A DNA stretch of 64,000 nucleotides, taken from the NCBI GenBank assembly GCA_021848385.1, contig JAJZUQ010000007.1, positions 16,389 through 80,388 of the forward strand, read 5' to 3'. Made by a program: the position numbers and the translations under genes. Below, piece by piece: positions 42,918-53,171 of this stretch. The DNA is from Deltaproteobacteria bacterium. GTDB lineage: Bacteria; Desulfobacterota; Desulfuromonadia; Geobacterales; Geobacteraceae. The notes under the pieces are model-generated. The model saw only the letters and a program-made list of their open reading frames with translations. It was not told the origin of the DNA and searched no databases. Every line of letters begins with the position of its first letter. Positions within the stretch are counted from its first letter, which is position 1.

Positions 42918-43697
42918 TCAGTAGCATTCCGGCTTCCGGTCCTGGAAGCAGGGTATCTGCTGGCGCCAGTTCTCCATGACGTTGAAGTCGAGGGTGGCTG
43001 CCAATTCGCAGCTTTCGTAGCCACCTTCCGCCAGGACCTCTCCCTTCGGACCGATAATCAGGCTCATGCCGAAAAAGTCCAGTTTGCCGACCATTCCGCA
43101 ACAGTTTGCTGCAACGATGAACAGCTGGTTTTCAATGGCCCGGGCGCGGAGCAGGGTTCGCCAGTGCTCTTCCCGCGGCTTAGGCCACTCGCCGGGGACA
43201 ACCAGTATTTCCGCTCCCTCCAGGGTAAGGCGCCGGGCCAGTTCGGGGAAACGCAGGTCGTAACAGATGAACACCCCGATCTTCCCTATGCTGGTGTCCG
43301 CCACCAGCCAGGATTCGCCGCCGGTAAAGGAGCGGTCCTCGTTCATCAGTGAAAACAGGTGCATTTTACGGTATTTCCCTGCAAGCACTCCCCGGTCGAG
43401 GATATACGCGGTATTGCAAACCTTGTCGCCGTCCGGTTCCGGCAGGCTCCCCACCAGCACCATGCCATGTTCCGCCGAGAGTCGTCCCATCTCTTCCACC
43501 AGTTCAGGCGTGCGGGCGGCAAGGGCGTTCAGCTCCCGGTAGGCAAAGCCGCAGCTCCACATCTCCGGCAGCACCGCCAGCTGGCACCCCTCGTCTGCCA
43601 GCCGGGCCAGAGCGCCTCGCACATGCTCCACGTTGGCGTCTATGTCACCCAGCTGTATGTTGAACTGCACGGCGGCGGCCTTGATCTCGCGTGTCAC
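42918..43697 (-). CDS. carbon-nitrogen hydrolase (nitrilase superfamily)
   Basis: LPEMW, YRKMHLF, ICYDLRFPE catalytic E-K-C triad. Confidence 0.93.
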   Translation of the reverse strand: MTREIKAAAVQFNIQLGDIDANVEHVRGALARLADEGCQLAVLPEMWSCGFAYRELNALAARTPELVEEMGRLSAEHGMVLVGSLPEPDGDKVCNTAYILDRGVLAGKYRKMHLFSLMNEDRSFTGGESWLVADTSIGKIGVFICYDLRFPELARRLTLEGAEILVVPGEWPKPREEHWRTLLRARAIENQLFIVAANCCGMVGKLDFFGMSLIIGPKGEVLAEGGYESCELAATLDFNVMENWRQQIPCFQDRKPECY

Positions 43698-43817
43698 GGC
43701 GGTACCTCCTTCCGGCTTTAATCATAAGAGTGCCGCAAGTTTACCGGCAAGTGAGCTGCATTACAACAAGATATTACCAGTTGGACATGGCGCTGGGGAT
43801 GTACTACTATCCTGGAC

Positions 43818-44963
43818 ATGGACTGTTCTCTCTACATCCATTTTCCCTTCTGCGTCCGGAAATGCCTCTACTGTGACTTCAACTCCCTGGCCGGCTCTAC
43901 AATCATGCCTGAGGAGTACGTTATGGCGCTGGTGCGGGAGATGGAGCTGCGTGCGGCAACCCTGGCGGCGCCGGTAACGGCTCCCACCCTCTATATCGGG
44001 GGTGGCACTCCTTCGCTCATGGCTCCGGAGCTGGTTAAACGGGTGATAGATGGGGCCAGGAGGTGGTACGGGCTTTTGCCGGTGGCGGAAGTGACCCTGG
44101 AGGCAAATCCCGGCACCGTCGACCTGAAAAAACTGGCCGGTTACCGGGCGGCGGGGGTGAACCGCCTCTCGATGGGGGTGCAGTCCCTGGACGATGCCAT
44201 GCTGGCTCGTCTCGGCCGTGTCCATTCGGCTCGCCAGGCAATGGAGGCGGTTGCCGCTGCCAGAGGCGCAGGGTTTGCCAATCTCGGGATCGACCTGATC
44301 CACGGGCTCCCCGGCCAGACGACCGCCATGTGGCGGGACGACCTGATGCGGGCCATTGATTTCGCACCCGAGCATATTTCTGCCTATGGCCTCTCCGTGG
44401 AGGAGGGGACTCCGTTCCACGAACTGGCACGTGCGGGGCAACTCGACCTGCCGGACGAAGAGATCGGGTTGGAGATGCTGGAGATGACGCCGGAGGTCCT
44501 CGGACAGGCCGGCTACGACCACTACGAGATTTCCAATTTTGCCCGTTCCGGATTTCGTTCCCGCCACAACCAGGTCTACTGGCGAAGGGGGAGCTACCTC
44601 GGGTTCGGGGCGGCGGCCCACTCCTTCCTGCGGGAAGAGGGGTGGGGGCGGCGTTGGCACAACCCGGACCGGCCGGCCGCCTACATGCCATCCCTCGCCG
44701 ATGGTCTCCCGCCGGAGGAGGAACAGCTTGTCCTTGATCGCCGTGATGCTATGGCGGAGTCCATGTTCCTTGGCCTGCGGCTTCTGGAAGGTGTTGAGCT
44801 GTCCCGTTTCCGGGAGGAATTCGGGGTGACGGTGGACGCGACCTATGGAGCTGAAGTGGCCAGCCTCAAGGTGTCCGGCCTGCTGGAACTGGCCGGTGAC
44901 CGGTTGCGGCTTACCCGGACAGGCCTGTGTCTGGCCAACCAGGTGTTTCAGGCCTTCATTTAG
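43818..44963 (+). CDS. hemW: radical SAM heme chaperone HemW (HemN-like)
   Basis: LYIHFPFCVRKCLYCDF, GGGTPS, EANPG, YEISNF; precedes hrcA. Confidence 0.9.
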   Translation: MDCSLYIHFPFCVRKCLYCDFNSLAGSTIMPEEYVMALVREMELRAATLAAPVTAPTLYIGGGTPSLMAPELVKRVIDGARRWYGLLPVAEVTLEANPGTVDLKKLAGYRAAGVNRLSMGVQSLDDAMLARLGRVHSARQAMEAVAAARGAGFANLGIDLIHGLPGQTTAMWRDDLMRAIDFAPEHISAYGLSVEEGTPFHELARAGQLDLPDEEIGLEMLEMTPEVLGQAGYDHYEISNFARSGFRSRHNQVYWRRGSYLGFGAAAHSFLREEGWGRRWHNPDRPAAYMPSLADGLPPEEEQLVLDRRDAMAESMFLGLRLLEGVELSRFREEFGVTVDATYGAEVASLKVSGLLELAGDRLRLTRTGLCLANQVFQAFI

Positions 44964-45004
44964 CAGGGAAGGGACGGTCGGGGCTGTTGTTCGGGGAAAT
45001 CCCC

Positions 45005-45033
45005 TTGACAAAACGGGAGTTTGTTATTAGATT
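45005..45033 (+). promoter_or_regulatory. sigma70 promoter of the hrcA-grpE-dnaK operon
   Basis: TTGACA (45005-45010)-17 nt-TAGATT (45028-45033). Confidence 0.75.
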
Positions 45034-45041
45034 GGGACGTA

Positions 45042-45068
45042 TTAGCACTCGGAAATGATGAGTGCTAA
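45042..45068. promoter_or_regulatory. CIRCE element (HrcA operator)
   Basis: perfect TTAGCACTC-N9-GAGTGCTAA. Confidence 0.97.
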
Positions 45069-45087
45069 TGTTTTTTTGAGGGTTACC

Positions 45088-46119
45088 ATGCACGACAACC
45101 TGACAGAGCGGAGCAAACAGATCCTCGAAGCGATCATTGAGGATTATATCGTTACGGCTGAACCGGTCGGGAGCCGGATGGTTACCCGCAGGCACGGTCT
45201 CAATCTGTCGCCGGCCACGGTGCGCAATGTCATGTCAGACCTGGAGGAAATGGGGTTTCTTGCCTCTCCCCACACGTCGGCGGGGCGGGTTCCGACCGAC
45301 AAGGCCTACCGCCTCTATGTCGACTCCCTCCTCGGGGTGCGGCGGGTCGCCCGGGAGGAACGGGAAGAGATCCGCAGACACTGCAGCCTGACGGGTAAAG
45401 ATATCGGCGAAGTGCTCAAGGAAACGAGCCGGATGCTCTCCTCCGTGTCCCATTACATGGGGATCGTGGCCGCGCCGCGCTTTGCCGCCAATGTGCTCCG
45501 GCATCTGGAGTTCGTCAAGCTCGGAGGGCAGCGGATTCTGGTCATCCTGGTTTCCCAGAGCGGCTCCGTGCAGAACAAGATCATCGAAACGACCGATGAT
45601 TTCTCCAACGAAGACCTGGTCCGGATGTCCAACTACCTTAACGAGCTTCTTGCCGGACTGACCATTGCCCAGGTACGCAACCGCCTCCTTGAAGAGATGG
45701 AAAACGCCAAGACGAAGTACGATTCGCTTCTGTCCAAGGCGCTCCAACTCTCCCAGCAGAGTCTGCCGGATAAGGATTCGGAGGTTTTTATCGAGGGGCG
45801 GTCCAACATCCTGGATCTTCCCGAGTTTGCCGACGCCGGCAGGATGAAGGAGATTTTCCGGGCCTTCGAGGAGAAGGGGCAGCTTGTCGGTCTCCTCGAT
45901 CAGTGCCTCGGTGCACAGGGGATCAATATCTTCATCGGCGCCGAGTCCCGACTGAGCCAGATGGCTGGACTGAGCGTCATTACCTCGACCTATATGACCA
46001 GCCGCAACACCCTCGGGGTGCTCGGCGTTATCGGCCCGACACGCATGGGATACGCCAAGGTGATCCCGATTGTCGACTATACGGCGAAGATGGTCAGCCG
46101 GCTCCTGGAAATAGAGTAG
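45088..46119 (+). CDS. hrcA: heat-inducible transcription repressor HrcA
   Basis: EPVGSR, SPATVRNVMSDLE, PHTSAGRVPT, GVIGPTRM; start placed after CIRCE. Confidence 0.96.
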   Translation: MHDNLTERSKQILEAIIEDYIVTAEPVGSRMVTRRHGLNLSPATVRNVMSDLEEMGFLASPHTSAGRVPTDKAYRLYVDSLLGVRRVAREEREEIRRHCSLTGKDIGEVLKETSRMLSSVSHYMGIVAAPRFAANVLRHLEFVKLGGQRILVILVSQSGSVQNKIIETTDDFSNEDLVRMSNYLNELLAGLTIAQVRNRLLEEMENAKTKYDSLLSKALQLSQQSLPDKDSEVFIEGRSNILDLPEFADAGRMKEIFRAFEEKGQLVGLLDQCLGAQGINIFIGAESRLSQMAGLSVITSTYMTSRNTLGVLGVIGPTRMGYAKVIPIVDYTAKMVSRLLEIE

Positions 46120-46166
46120 CCGTCCACTGACTTCGCGCCTTGAAGTGATCCACGGGAGATACTGAG

Positions 46167-46748
46167 ATGGACAAGAAAAAACATACGGAACAACACAGTG
46201 CTATGCCGGCCGGAGACGTGCCGCAACCGGAAACGGAACCGGCTGCCGTTCCGCCTGCGGATTCGACGGCTCCAAGTGGCGAGCGACTGCAGGAACTGGA
46301 AGCGGCCCTGGCGGCGAAGGAGGCCGAAGCGGCGGCAAACTGGGACAAGTTCGTCCGGGAGCGGGCCGACCTGGAGAACTACCGCCGACGGGTCCAGAAG
46401 GAGAAAGAGGAGCTTCTCAAGTACGGTAACGAGTCGCTTCTTCTCGAAATCCTGCCGGTCCTCGACAACATGGAGCGGGCACTGGCCCACTCCGACGAGG
46501 AGAGCCAGAACGCGGTGATCGAAGGGGTGCGGATGACCCACACCATGCTCCTTGGCGCCCTGAAAAAGTTCGGCGTTGCCCCCATCGAAACCGGCCGCGG
46601 TACCGTCTTTAATCCGGATTTCCACCAGGCCATGTGCCAGGTTGAATCAGACGACCTTCCTGCCAATGTGGTGGTTGAGGAACTCCAGCGGGGGTACCTG
46701 CTGAACGAGCGGCTCCTCAGGCCGGCCATGGTATCGGTGACGAAATAG
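46167..46748 (+). CDS. grpE: nucleotide exchange factor GrpE
   Basis: [32 protein letters not shown]...LLRPAMV. Confidence 0.96.
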   Translation: MDKKKHTEQHSAMPAGDVPQPETEPAAVPPADSTAPSGERLQELEAALAAKEAEAAANWDKFVRERADLENYRRRVQKEKEELLKYGNESLLLEILPVLDNMERALAHSDEESQNAVIEGVRMTHTMLLGALKKFGVAPIETGRGTVFNPDFHQAMCQVESDDLPANVVVEELQRGYLLNERLLRPAMVSVTK

Positions 46749-46756
46749 GGGCTGAG

Positions 46757-46844
46757 TAACCCCTCCCAGCCTCCCCTTAATCTCAAGGGGAGGAGTTTTT
46801 CTTCCTCCTCCCCCTCTTAAGCTAAGAGGGGGCAGGGGGAGTTA
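46757..46844. repeat. REP-like double hairpin between grpE and dnaK
   Basis: cctcccctt-aatctc-aaggggagg and ccccctctta-agc-taagaggggg, enclosed by taacccct... / ...gggagtta. Confidence 0.8.
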
Positions 46845-46941
46845 TGAGCCTGAGAAATGAACTTTTTTCATGTCCCCCCTTGTTTTTCCGGCGGGGGATG
46901 CCTAGCTTGAACGTAGATATTTCACAAGGAGGAGCACCCAT

Positions 46942-48852
46942 ATGAGCAAAGTTATCGGAATCGACCTGGGAACCACCAACTCCTGCGTTGCCGTCATGGA
47001 GGGGGGGGAACCGGTTGTCATAGCCAACGCGGAGGGGAGCCGCACCACTCCGTCCATGGTCGCCTTCACCGACAGCGGTGAGCGGCCGGTGGGGCAGCAG
47101 GCCAAACGCCAGGCGGTCACCAACCCGGAGAACACCCTTTTTGCCATCAAACGGCTCATCGGCCGCAAGTTCAACACAGAACAGGTGAAGAAGGACATCG
47201 GCATTTCACCTTTCAAGATCGTGAAGGCGGACAACGACGACGCCTGGGTGGAAGTCCGGGGGCAGAAATATTCCCCCCCGGAGATCTCGGCCATGGTCCT
47301 GCAGAAGATGAAGAAGACCGCCGAGGACTACCTGGGCGAGACGGTGACCGATGCGGTCATCACTGTCCCGGCCTACTTCGACGACTCCCAGCGCCAGGCG
47401 ACCAAGGACGCCGGCAAGATCGCCGGTCTGAACGTCCTCCGTATCATCAATGAGCCGACTGCGGCTGCCCTTGCTTACGGCCTCGACAAGAAGAAGGACG
47501 AAAAGATCGCGGTTTTCGACCTGGGTGGGGGGACCTTCGATATTTCCATCCTGGAGCTTGGTGAAGGGGTGTTCGAGGTGAAGTCCACCAACGGCGACAC
47601 CTTCCTCGGCGGTGAGGATTTCGACCAGAAGGTGATCGACTGGATTGCCGACGAGTTCAAGAAGGAGCAGGGGATTGACCTGCGGAGCGACAAGATGGCA
47701 CTGCAGCGCCTCAAAGAGGCCGCGGAGAAGGCCAAGTGCGAGCTCTCCACCTCCATGGAGACTGACATCAACCTCCCCTTCATCACCGCCGACGCCACCG
47801 GCCCCAAGCACCTGACCCTGAAACTCAGCCGGGCCAAGCTTGAGGCGCTCTGTGCCGAGCTCATCGCCAACCTGGAAGGCCCGTGCCGGACTGCCCTCAA
47901 GGATGCCGGTCTTTCGGCCAGTGACGTGGACGAGGTGATCCTGGTGGGGGGCATGACCCGCATGCCGATCGTGCAGAAAAAGGTGCAGGATATTTTCGGC
48001 AAGGTCCCCAATCGGGGTGTCAATCCGGACGAAGTGGTGGCCATCGGCGCCGCCATTCAGGGTGGCGTCCTCAGGGGTGATGTTAAAGACGTGCTGCTCC
48101 TCGACGTCACGCCGCTTTCCCTCGGTATCGAGACTCTTGGAAGCGTCATGACCAAGCTGATCGAGAAGAACACCACCATCCCCTGCCGGAAGTCCCAGAC
48201 CTTTTCCACTGCCGCCGACAACCAGCCGGCCGTGACCATTCATGTCCTCCAGGGTGAGCGGGAGATGGCGGGGGACAACAAGACCCTCGGCAATTTCGAG
48301 CTGACCGGTATTCCCGCCGCACCCCGCGGCGTTCCCCAGATCGAAGTGACCTTCGACATCGACGCCAACGGCATTGTTCACGTCTCCGCCAAGGACCTGG
48401 GGACCGGCAAGGAGCAGTCGATCCGGATTACCGCTTCCTCCGGCCTCTCCAAGGAGGAGATTGACAAGATGGTGCAGGATGCCGAGGTCCACGCCTCCGA
48501 GGACAAGAAGAAGCGGGAGCTGATTGAGGCCCGCAACCAGGCCGACTCCCTTGCCTATCAGACCGAGAAGTCCCTCAAGGAATACGGTGACAAGATCGAT
48601 GCTGCCGAGAAGCAGAAGATCGAAGAGGGTCTGGCTACGCTGAAGAAGGCCCTGGAGGGGAACGACCCGGATGCCATCAAGAAGGCGAGCGACGACCTGA
48701 TGCAGGCGTCCCACAAGCTTGCCGAGGCGGTCTACGCCAAGGCTCAGCCCGGCGCCGGCGAAGCAGCGGGAGAACCTTCCGCCGAGGCGGGTGCCAAGGG
48801 TGAGAAGGTCGTGGATGCCGACTTCGAGGAAGTGAAGGACGACAAGAAATAA
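46942..48852 (+). CDS. dnaK: chaperone DnaK
   Basis: [41 protein letters not shown]. Confidence 0.98.
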   Translation: MSKVIGIDLGTTNSCVAVMEGGEPVVIANAEGSRTTPSMVAFTDSGERPVGQQAKRQAVTNPENTLFAIKRLIGRKFNTEQVKKDIGISPFKIVKADNDDAWVEVRGQKYSPPEISAMVLQKMKKTAEDYLGETVTDAVITVPAYFDDSQRQATKDAGKIAGLNVLRIINEPTAAALAYGLDKKKDEKIAVFDLGGGTFDISILELGEGVFEVKSTNGDTFLGGEDFDQKVIDWIADEFKKEQGIDLRSDKMALQRLKEAAEKAKCELSTSMETDINLPFITADATGPKHLTLKLSRAKLEALCAELIANLEGPCRTALKDAGLSASDVDEVILVGGMTRMPIVQKKVQDIFGKVPNRGVNPDEVVAIGAAIQGGVLRGDVKDVLLLDVTPLSLGIETLGSVMTKLIEKNTTIPCRKSQTFSTAADNQPAVTIHVLQGEREMAGDNKTLGNFELTGIPAAPRGVPQIEVTFDIDANGIVHVSAKDLGTGKEQSIRITASSGLSKEEIDKMVQDAEVHASEDKKKRELIEARNQADSLAYQTEKSLKEYGDKIDAAEKQKIEEGLATLKKALEGNDPDAIKKASDDLMQASHKLAEAVYAKAQPGAGEAAGEPSAEAGAKGEKVVDADFEEVKDDKK

Positions 48853-48855
48853 AGC

Positions 48856-48985
48856 AGGCTCCAGGCACGAGGCTTTAGGCACGAGGAAAATCGGGCAAAG
48901 GCGAGGGGTGGAAGATTGTATCTTTTACCTTTCGCCTTTTGCCGTATGATAAGGTTTTCCCCGAGCCCTTAGTCTAGAGCCTTCG
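48856..48985. repeat. nested inverted heptamer arrays between dnaK and dnaJ
   Basis: aggctcc-aggcacg-aggcttt-aggcacg-agg (48856-48886); inner stem ggcaaaggcgaggggt / acctttcgccttttgcc (48894-48943); degenerate complementary array gagccct-tagtcta-gagcctt downstream. Confidence 0.7.
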
Positions 48986-49003
48986 GCCATAAAGGATTTT
49001 ATT

Positions 49004-50116
49004 GTGGCAAACGGCGACAAACGCGATTATTACGAGGTGCTCGGTGTCAACCGCAACGCCTCGGATACGGAAATCAAGAAGGCCTACCGCAGGTTGGCCA
49101 TTCAGTACCACCCCGACAAGAACCCCGGCGACAAGACTGCCGAGGATAAGTTCAAGGAACTTTCCGAGTCCTACGAAGTTCTTTCCGATCCCCAAAAACG
49201 GGCACAATACGACCAGTTCGGCCATGCCGGACTCGGTGCGGGCGGCTTTTCCAGCGGAGGTTTCGGCGGTTCACCGTTCGGCGACATCTTCGGTGACATC
49301 TTTGGCGATATCTTCGGCGGCACCCGTCAGCGCGGGCGGGGGAAACGCGGCGACGATCTCCAGTACAACATGGAGATCAACTTTGAGGAAGCAGCGTTCG
49401 GGATGGAGACCACCATCGACGTCCCCTATGCCAAGCGGTGCGACACGTGCGGCGGGAGCGGTGCCAAGCCCGGCACCGAGCCGAAAACCTGTCCCACCTG
49501 TCGAGGGGCCGGGCAGGTCCGCTTTCAGCAGGGTTTTTTCAGCGTCAGCAAGACCTGTGGCCAGTGCCAGGGTGAGGGGCGCATCGTGGAAAACCCCTGC
49601 ACCTCCTGCCGGGGCACCGGCAGTATCAGGGATACCAAGACCCTGTCGGTCAAGGTTCCGCCAGGGGTGGAGACCGGCAACCGGCTGAAACTTTCCGGCG
49701 AGGGTGGGCAGGGTACCAAGGGGGGGGGGAACGGCGACCTCTATGTACTGCTCACGGTGCGCGCCCATTCCCTCTTCACGCGGGAAGGGAATGACGTCAT
49801 CTGCGAAGTCCCCATCAGCTTTGCCCAGGCGGCCCTCGGTTGCGAGATAGAGATTCCGACCCTGGAAGGGCCGGTGAAAATGAAGATTCCCGAAGGGACC
49901 CAGTCAGGCCGGATTTTCCGGCTTAAGGCAAAGGGGATCCCGGTGCTGCAGGGGTACGGCCGGGGGGACCAGCTGGCCATCATCCGGGTGGAAACTCCCG
50001 TCAACCTGAACAAGCGGCAACGGGAACTTCTCGATGAATTTGCCAGGATCAGCGGCGAAGATGTCCATCCCCTGCGGAAAGGCTTCTTCGACAAGGTCAT
50101 GGACATAATCAGTTGA
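49004..50116 (+). CDS. dnaJ: chaperone DnaJ
   Basis: HPD J domain, four CxxCxGxG repeats; GTG start. Confidence 0.97.
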   Translation: MANGDKRDYYEVLGVNRNASDTEIKKAYRRLAIQYHPDKNPGDKTAEDKFKELSESYEVLSDPQKRAQYDQFGHAGLGAGGFSSGGFGGSPFGDIFGDIFGDIFGGTRQRGRGKRGDDLQYNMEINFEEAAFGMETTIDVPYAKRCDTCGGSGAKPGTEPKTCPTCRGAGQVRFQQGFFSVSKTCGQCQGEGRIVENPCTSCRGTGSIRDTKTLSVKVPPGVETGNRLKLSGEGGQGTKGGGNGDLYVLLTVRAHSLFTREGNDVICEVPISFAQAALGCEIEIPTLEGPVKMKIPEGTQSGRIFRLKAKGIPVLQGYGRGDQLAIIRVETPVNLNKRQRELLDEFARISGEDVHPLRKGFFDKVMDIIS

Positions 50117-50691
50117 ACCTGCTTCCTCCGCATCATGCCCGGACCGGGCGCACAGCCCGGTTAGCGGTGACTCTTCTTCTCGCAATCCTTTTTCTTTCTC
50201 CGGCAGTTCCTGTCGCTGCCGCTGCTCCGTCATCCCGCTCCGTTGCCCTGCTCAAGAACAGCGACTATCTGGATGCGCTTGTTCAAGGGATCAGGACGGC
50301 CCGCCAAAGCGTTGTCTGTTCCTGTTACCTGTTCAAGACCGGTCCATCCCGGCATGACCGGCCCCGCCTGATTGCCGACGAGCTGATCCGCGCCCGGCAG
50401 CGGGGTGTTGCCGTTACCGTAATCCTTGAAGAGGAGGGACGGCATCCGGACGAGCTCAACGCGGCCAATCATGATACGGCTGTTCTGTTACGGCGGGGCG
50501 GGGTCACCGTCCGGTTCGATTCCCCCCGGGTGACCACCCATGTAAAGGCGGTGGTGATAGACAACCGTTATGTCTATATCGGTAGTCACAACCTCACCCA
50601 GAGCGCCCTTGCCCATAACAACGAACTCTCCCTCCTCATCGATTCTCCCTCCCTAGCCGCCGAGGTTACCGGCTATCTGAGCCGGCTCTGA
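50113..50691 (+). CDS. secreted single-HKD phospholipase D-superfamily protein (Nuc-like); start uncertain
   Basis: signal-peptide-like segment; HVKAVVID (HxKxxxxD) followed by GSHN. Confidence 0.8.
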   Translation: MNLLPPHHARTGRTARLAVTLLLAILFLSPAVPVAAAAPSSRSVALLKNSDYLDALVQGIRTARQSVVCSCYLFKTGPSRHDRPRLIADELIRARQRGVAVTVILEEEGRHPDELNAANHDTAVLLRRGGVTVRFDSPRVTTHVKAVVIDNRYVYIGSHNLTQSALAHNNELSLLIDSPSLAAEVTGYLSRL

Positions 50692-50787
50692 TATTTTTCA
50701 GCACAACCCTTTCCCGGGATTGATGCATTCCCCTTTCCCTGACTCCGTGCTATACTTCTCAACCGGAACAGGTACAAAAAGCAAGGG

Positions 50788-51543
50788 GTGGCAATGGACA
50801 GCAAAGAACTGCAGGTACTGCTGCAGAACCTGAAAAATGGTGATATTGACGTAAACGATGCGATCCAGCGGCTCAAGCATTTGCCGTTCGAGGATCTGGG
50901 CCATACCAACGTGGATCATCACCGGCAGCTCCGGCTCGGTTTCCCCGAGGTGATATTCGGCGAAGGGAAGAGCGTCGGCCAGATCACCCAGATCGTCGCG
51001 GCGCTGCTGGACAAGGGGAGCAACGTGCTGGTGACGCGGGTCGATGAACCCCGTGCCCTGCAGCTCAAGGAGCATTTTCCCCCTCTCGTGTACCATGAGG
51101 ATGCCCGTTGCCTGACTCTGGAACAGAAGCCGGTGGAGATGACCGGCCGGGGGAAGATTCTCGTGGTATCGGCGGGAACGTCCGACATCCCGGTGGCCGC
51201 CGAGGCGGTGGTGACCGCCCGCCTGCTGGGAAACGAGGTGGAACAGCTCTATGACGTGGGGGTGGCCGGGATCCATCGCCTGCTGGCACGTAAGGAACTC
51301 CTCTTCTCTGCGGCGGTGATCATCGTGGTGGCCGGCATGGAGGGGGCGCTTCCCTCGGTGGTGGCCGGCATGGCGGGGCGGCCGGTCATCGGCGTCCCCA
51401 CCTCCATCGGGTATGGCGCCTCCTTCGGGGGGATCGCCGCCCTTCTCGGCATGCTCAATTCCTGTGCTGCCGGGGTGACGGTGGTGAACATCGACAATGG
51501 CTTCGGGGCGGCCTGTGCCGCCAGCCTCATGAACCGGGACTAG
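50788..51543 (+). CDS. larB: nickel pincer cofactor biosynthesis protein LarB
   Basis: DHHRQLRLGFPEVIFGEGK, AGTSDIPVAAEA, DVGVAGIHRL, VAGMEGALPS, VNIDNGFGAA. Confidence 0.93.
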   Translation: MAMDSKELQVLLQNLKNGDIDVNDAIQRLKHLPFEDLGHTNVDHHRQLRLGFPEVIFGEGKSVGQITQIVAALLDKGSNVLVTRVDEPRALQLKEHFPPLVYHEDARCLTLEQKPVEMTGRGKILVVSAGTSDIPVAAEAVVTARLLGNEVEQLYDVGVAGIHRLLARKELLFSAAVIIVVAGMEGALPSVVAGMAGRPVIGVPTSIGYGASFGGIAALLGMLNSCAAGVTVVNIDNGFGAACAASLMNRD

Positions 51544-51546
51544 CGC

Positions 51547-52719
51547 ATGAAGATTCTCTATTGTGATTGCCGTGCCGGGATTGCCGGGGACATGACGGTT
51601 GCCGCGCTGCTGGAGCTGGGGGTGCCGCTGGAGTTCCTCCGGGAGGAACTTGCCAGGCTTTCCCTTCCCCGTTCCGGCTACAGTATCGAAACAGAGCGGG
51701 TCAAGCGGCAGGGGATCATGGCCACCCGCTTTCATGTGCGGGTGGAGGAGCACCAGCCCCATCGTCACTATACGGATATCTCCGGAATGATCGAAGAGAG
51801 TTCCCTGGCGCCGGGGATCAAGGAACGGGCCCAGCGGGTGTTTTACCGGCTGGCCGAGGCTGAGGCAAAGGTTCACGGTGTGGAGATCGGCCATGTCCAT
51901 TTTCACGAGGTAGGTGGAGTGGATTCCATCGTGGATATAGTCGGTACGGCAATTTGTCTCGACTACCTGGGGGTGACGGAGCTCCACGCCGCCCCCCTTC
52001 CCCTGGGAAGCGGCTGGGTGGAGACCGCCCACGGCCGGCTGCCGGTCCCGGCACCGGCCACCGCCGAACTCCTAAGGGGGATGCCGGTTCATGGCGAGAT
52101 CGGATCAGGAGAGCGTGTCACGCCGACCGGCGCAGCGGTTCTGGCCGCCCTTGCCACGGGTTTCGGGGCGTTGCCTGCCATGCGAGTGCTCGGCGTGGGC
52201 TGCGGGGCCGGAAGCCGGGATTTCGACGACGTGCCGAATATCCTTCGTCTTGTGCTGGGAGAAAAAGATGGTACGCTTCCCCATGACGATGTAGTTGTGG
52301 CAGAGACCCACATCGACGACATGAACCCGGAAATTCTCGGGTATCTCATGGAGCGGCTCCTGGAAGCGGGGGCCCTCGATGTCTCCTTTGCCCCCCTGCA
52401 GATGAAGAAAAACCGCCCCGGCATCAGACTGACCATCATCTCTTCCCCTGCTCACCTGGATGAACTCGCCCGCATGGTCCTGACGGAAACAACTGCCGCC
52501 GGAATCCGCTATTATCCTGCCCGCCGTCTCAAACTTGATCGGGTTATGGAGGAGCGGGAGACCTCCCTGGGGCGGGTCCGGGTTAAGGTGTTCCGGGACG
52601 GTTCAGGCCTGCTCCGGGTGACACCCGAGTACGAGGAGTGCCGGCGGCTCGCCATGGTGAAGGGGCTGCCACTCCTGGAGGTCTACCGCATCATCGAACG
52701 GGAGACGGTCGCACCATGA
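51547..52719 (+). CDS. larC: nickel pincer cofactor biosynthesis protein LarC
   Basis: GIAGDM, VHFHEVGGVDSIVD, PVPAPAT, ERVTPTGAA, ETHIDD, KKNRPG, PEYEEC. Confidence 0.93.
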   Translation: MKILYCDCRAGIAGDMTVAALLELGVPLEFLREELARLSLPRSGYSIETERVKRQGIMATRFHVRVEEHQPHRHYTDISGMIEESSLAPGIKERAQRVFYRLAEAEAKVHGVEIGHVHFHEVGGVDSIVDIVGTAICLDYLGVTELHAAPLPLGSGWVETAHGRLPVPAPATAELLRGMPVHGEIGSGERVTPTGAAVLAALATGFGALPAMRVLGVGCGAGSRDFDDVPNILRLVLGEKDGTLPHDDVVVAETHIDDMNPEILGYLMERLLEAGALDVSFAPLQMKKNRPGIRLTIISSPAHLDELARMVLTETTAAGIRYYPARRLKLDRVMEERETSLGRVRVKVFRDGSGLLRVTPEYEECRRLAMVKGLPLLEVYRIIERETVAP

Positions 52720-53171
52720 GGCGTTTTGTCATCATACTCGCCACCTGGGGAGGGACCGGCTACAGTCCGGTGGCATCCGGTACAGTCGGCACTCTGGCGG
52801 CCATCCCGCTCTATCTCCTGCTGGCCCGGCTGCAGCTGCCCAGCTACCTTCTGGTCACCCTGCTGTTCAGTGCATTTGCCTGCTGGGTTTCGGGAGAAGC
52901 GGAACGAATCTTCGCCGAAAAGGATTCGGGGAAGATCGTCATCGACGAGGTGGCCGGCTATCTGGTAACCATGGTAGCCGTCCCGCTTAGTTGGCAGGGG
53001 GTAGTGGCAGGTTTTTTCCTGTTCCGCCTGTTCGATATCGTCAAGCCGTTCCCTGCCGGCTACGTTGACCGCCATCTGAAAAACGGCTACGGCGTCGTGC
53101 TGGACGATCTTGTGGCGGGGGTGTATGCCTGTCTGACGCTCCATCTGCTGCTGAGGTTCCTGTCCCTATGA
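52716..53171 (+). CDS. pgpA: phosphatidylglycerophosphatase A
   Basis: GTVGTL, DSGKIVIDEVAG, FRLFDIVKP, VLDDLVAG. Confidence 0.93.
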   Translation: MRRFVIILATWGGTGYSPVASGTVGTLAAIPLYLLLARLQLPSYLLVTLLFSAFACWVSGEAERIFAEKDSGKIVIDEVAGYLVTMVAVPLSWQGVVAGFFLFRLFDIVKPFPAGYVDRHLKNGYGVVLDDLVAGVYACLTLHLLLRFLSL

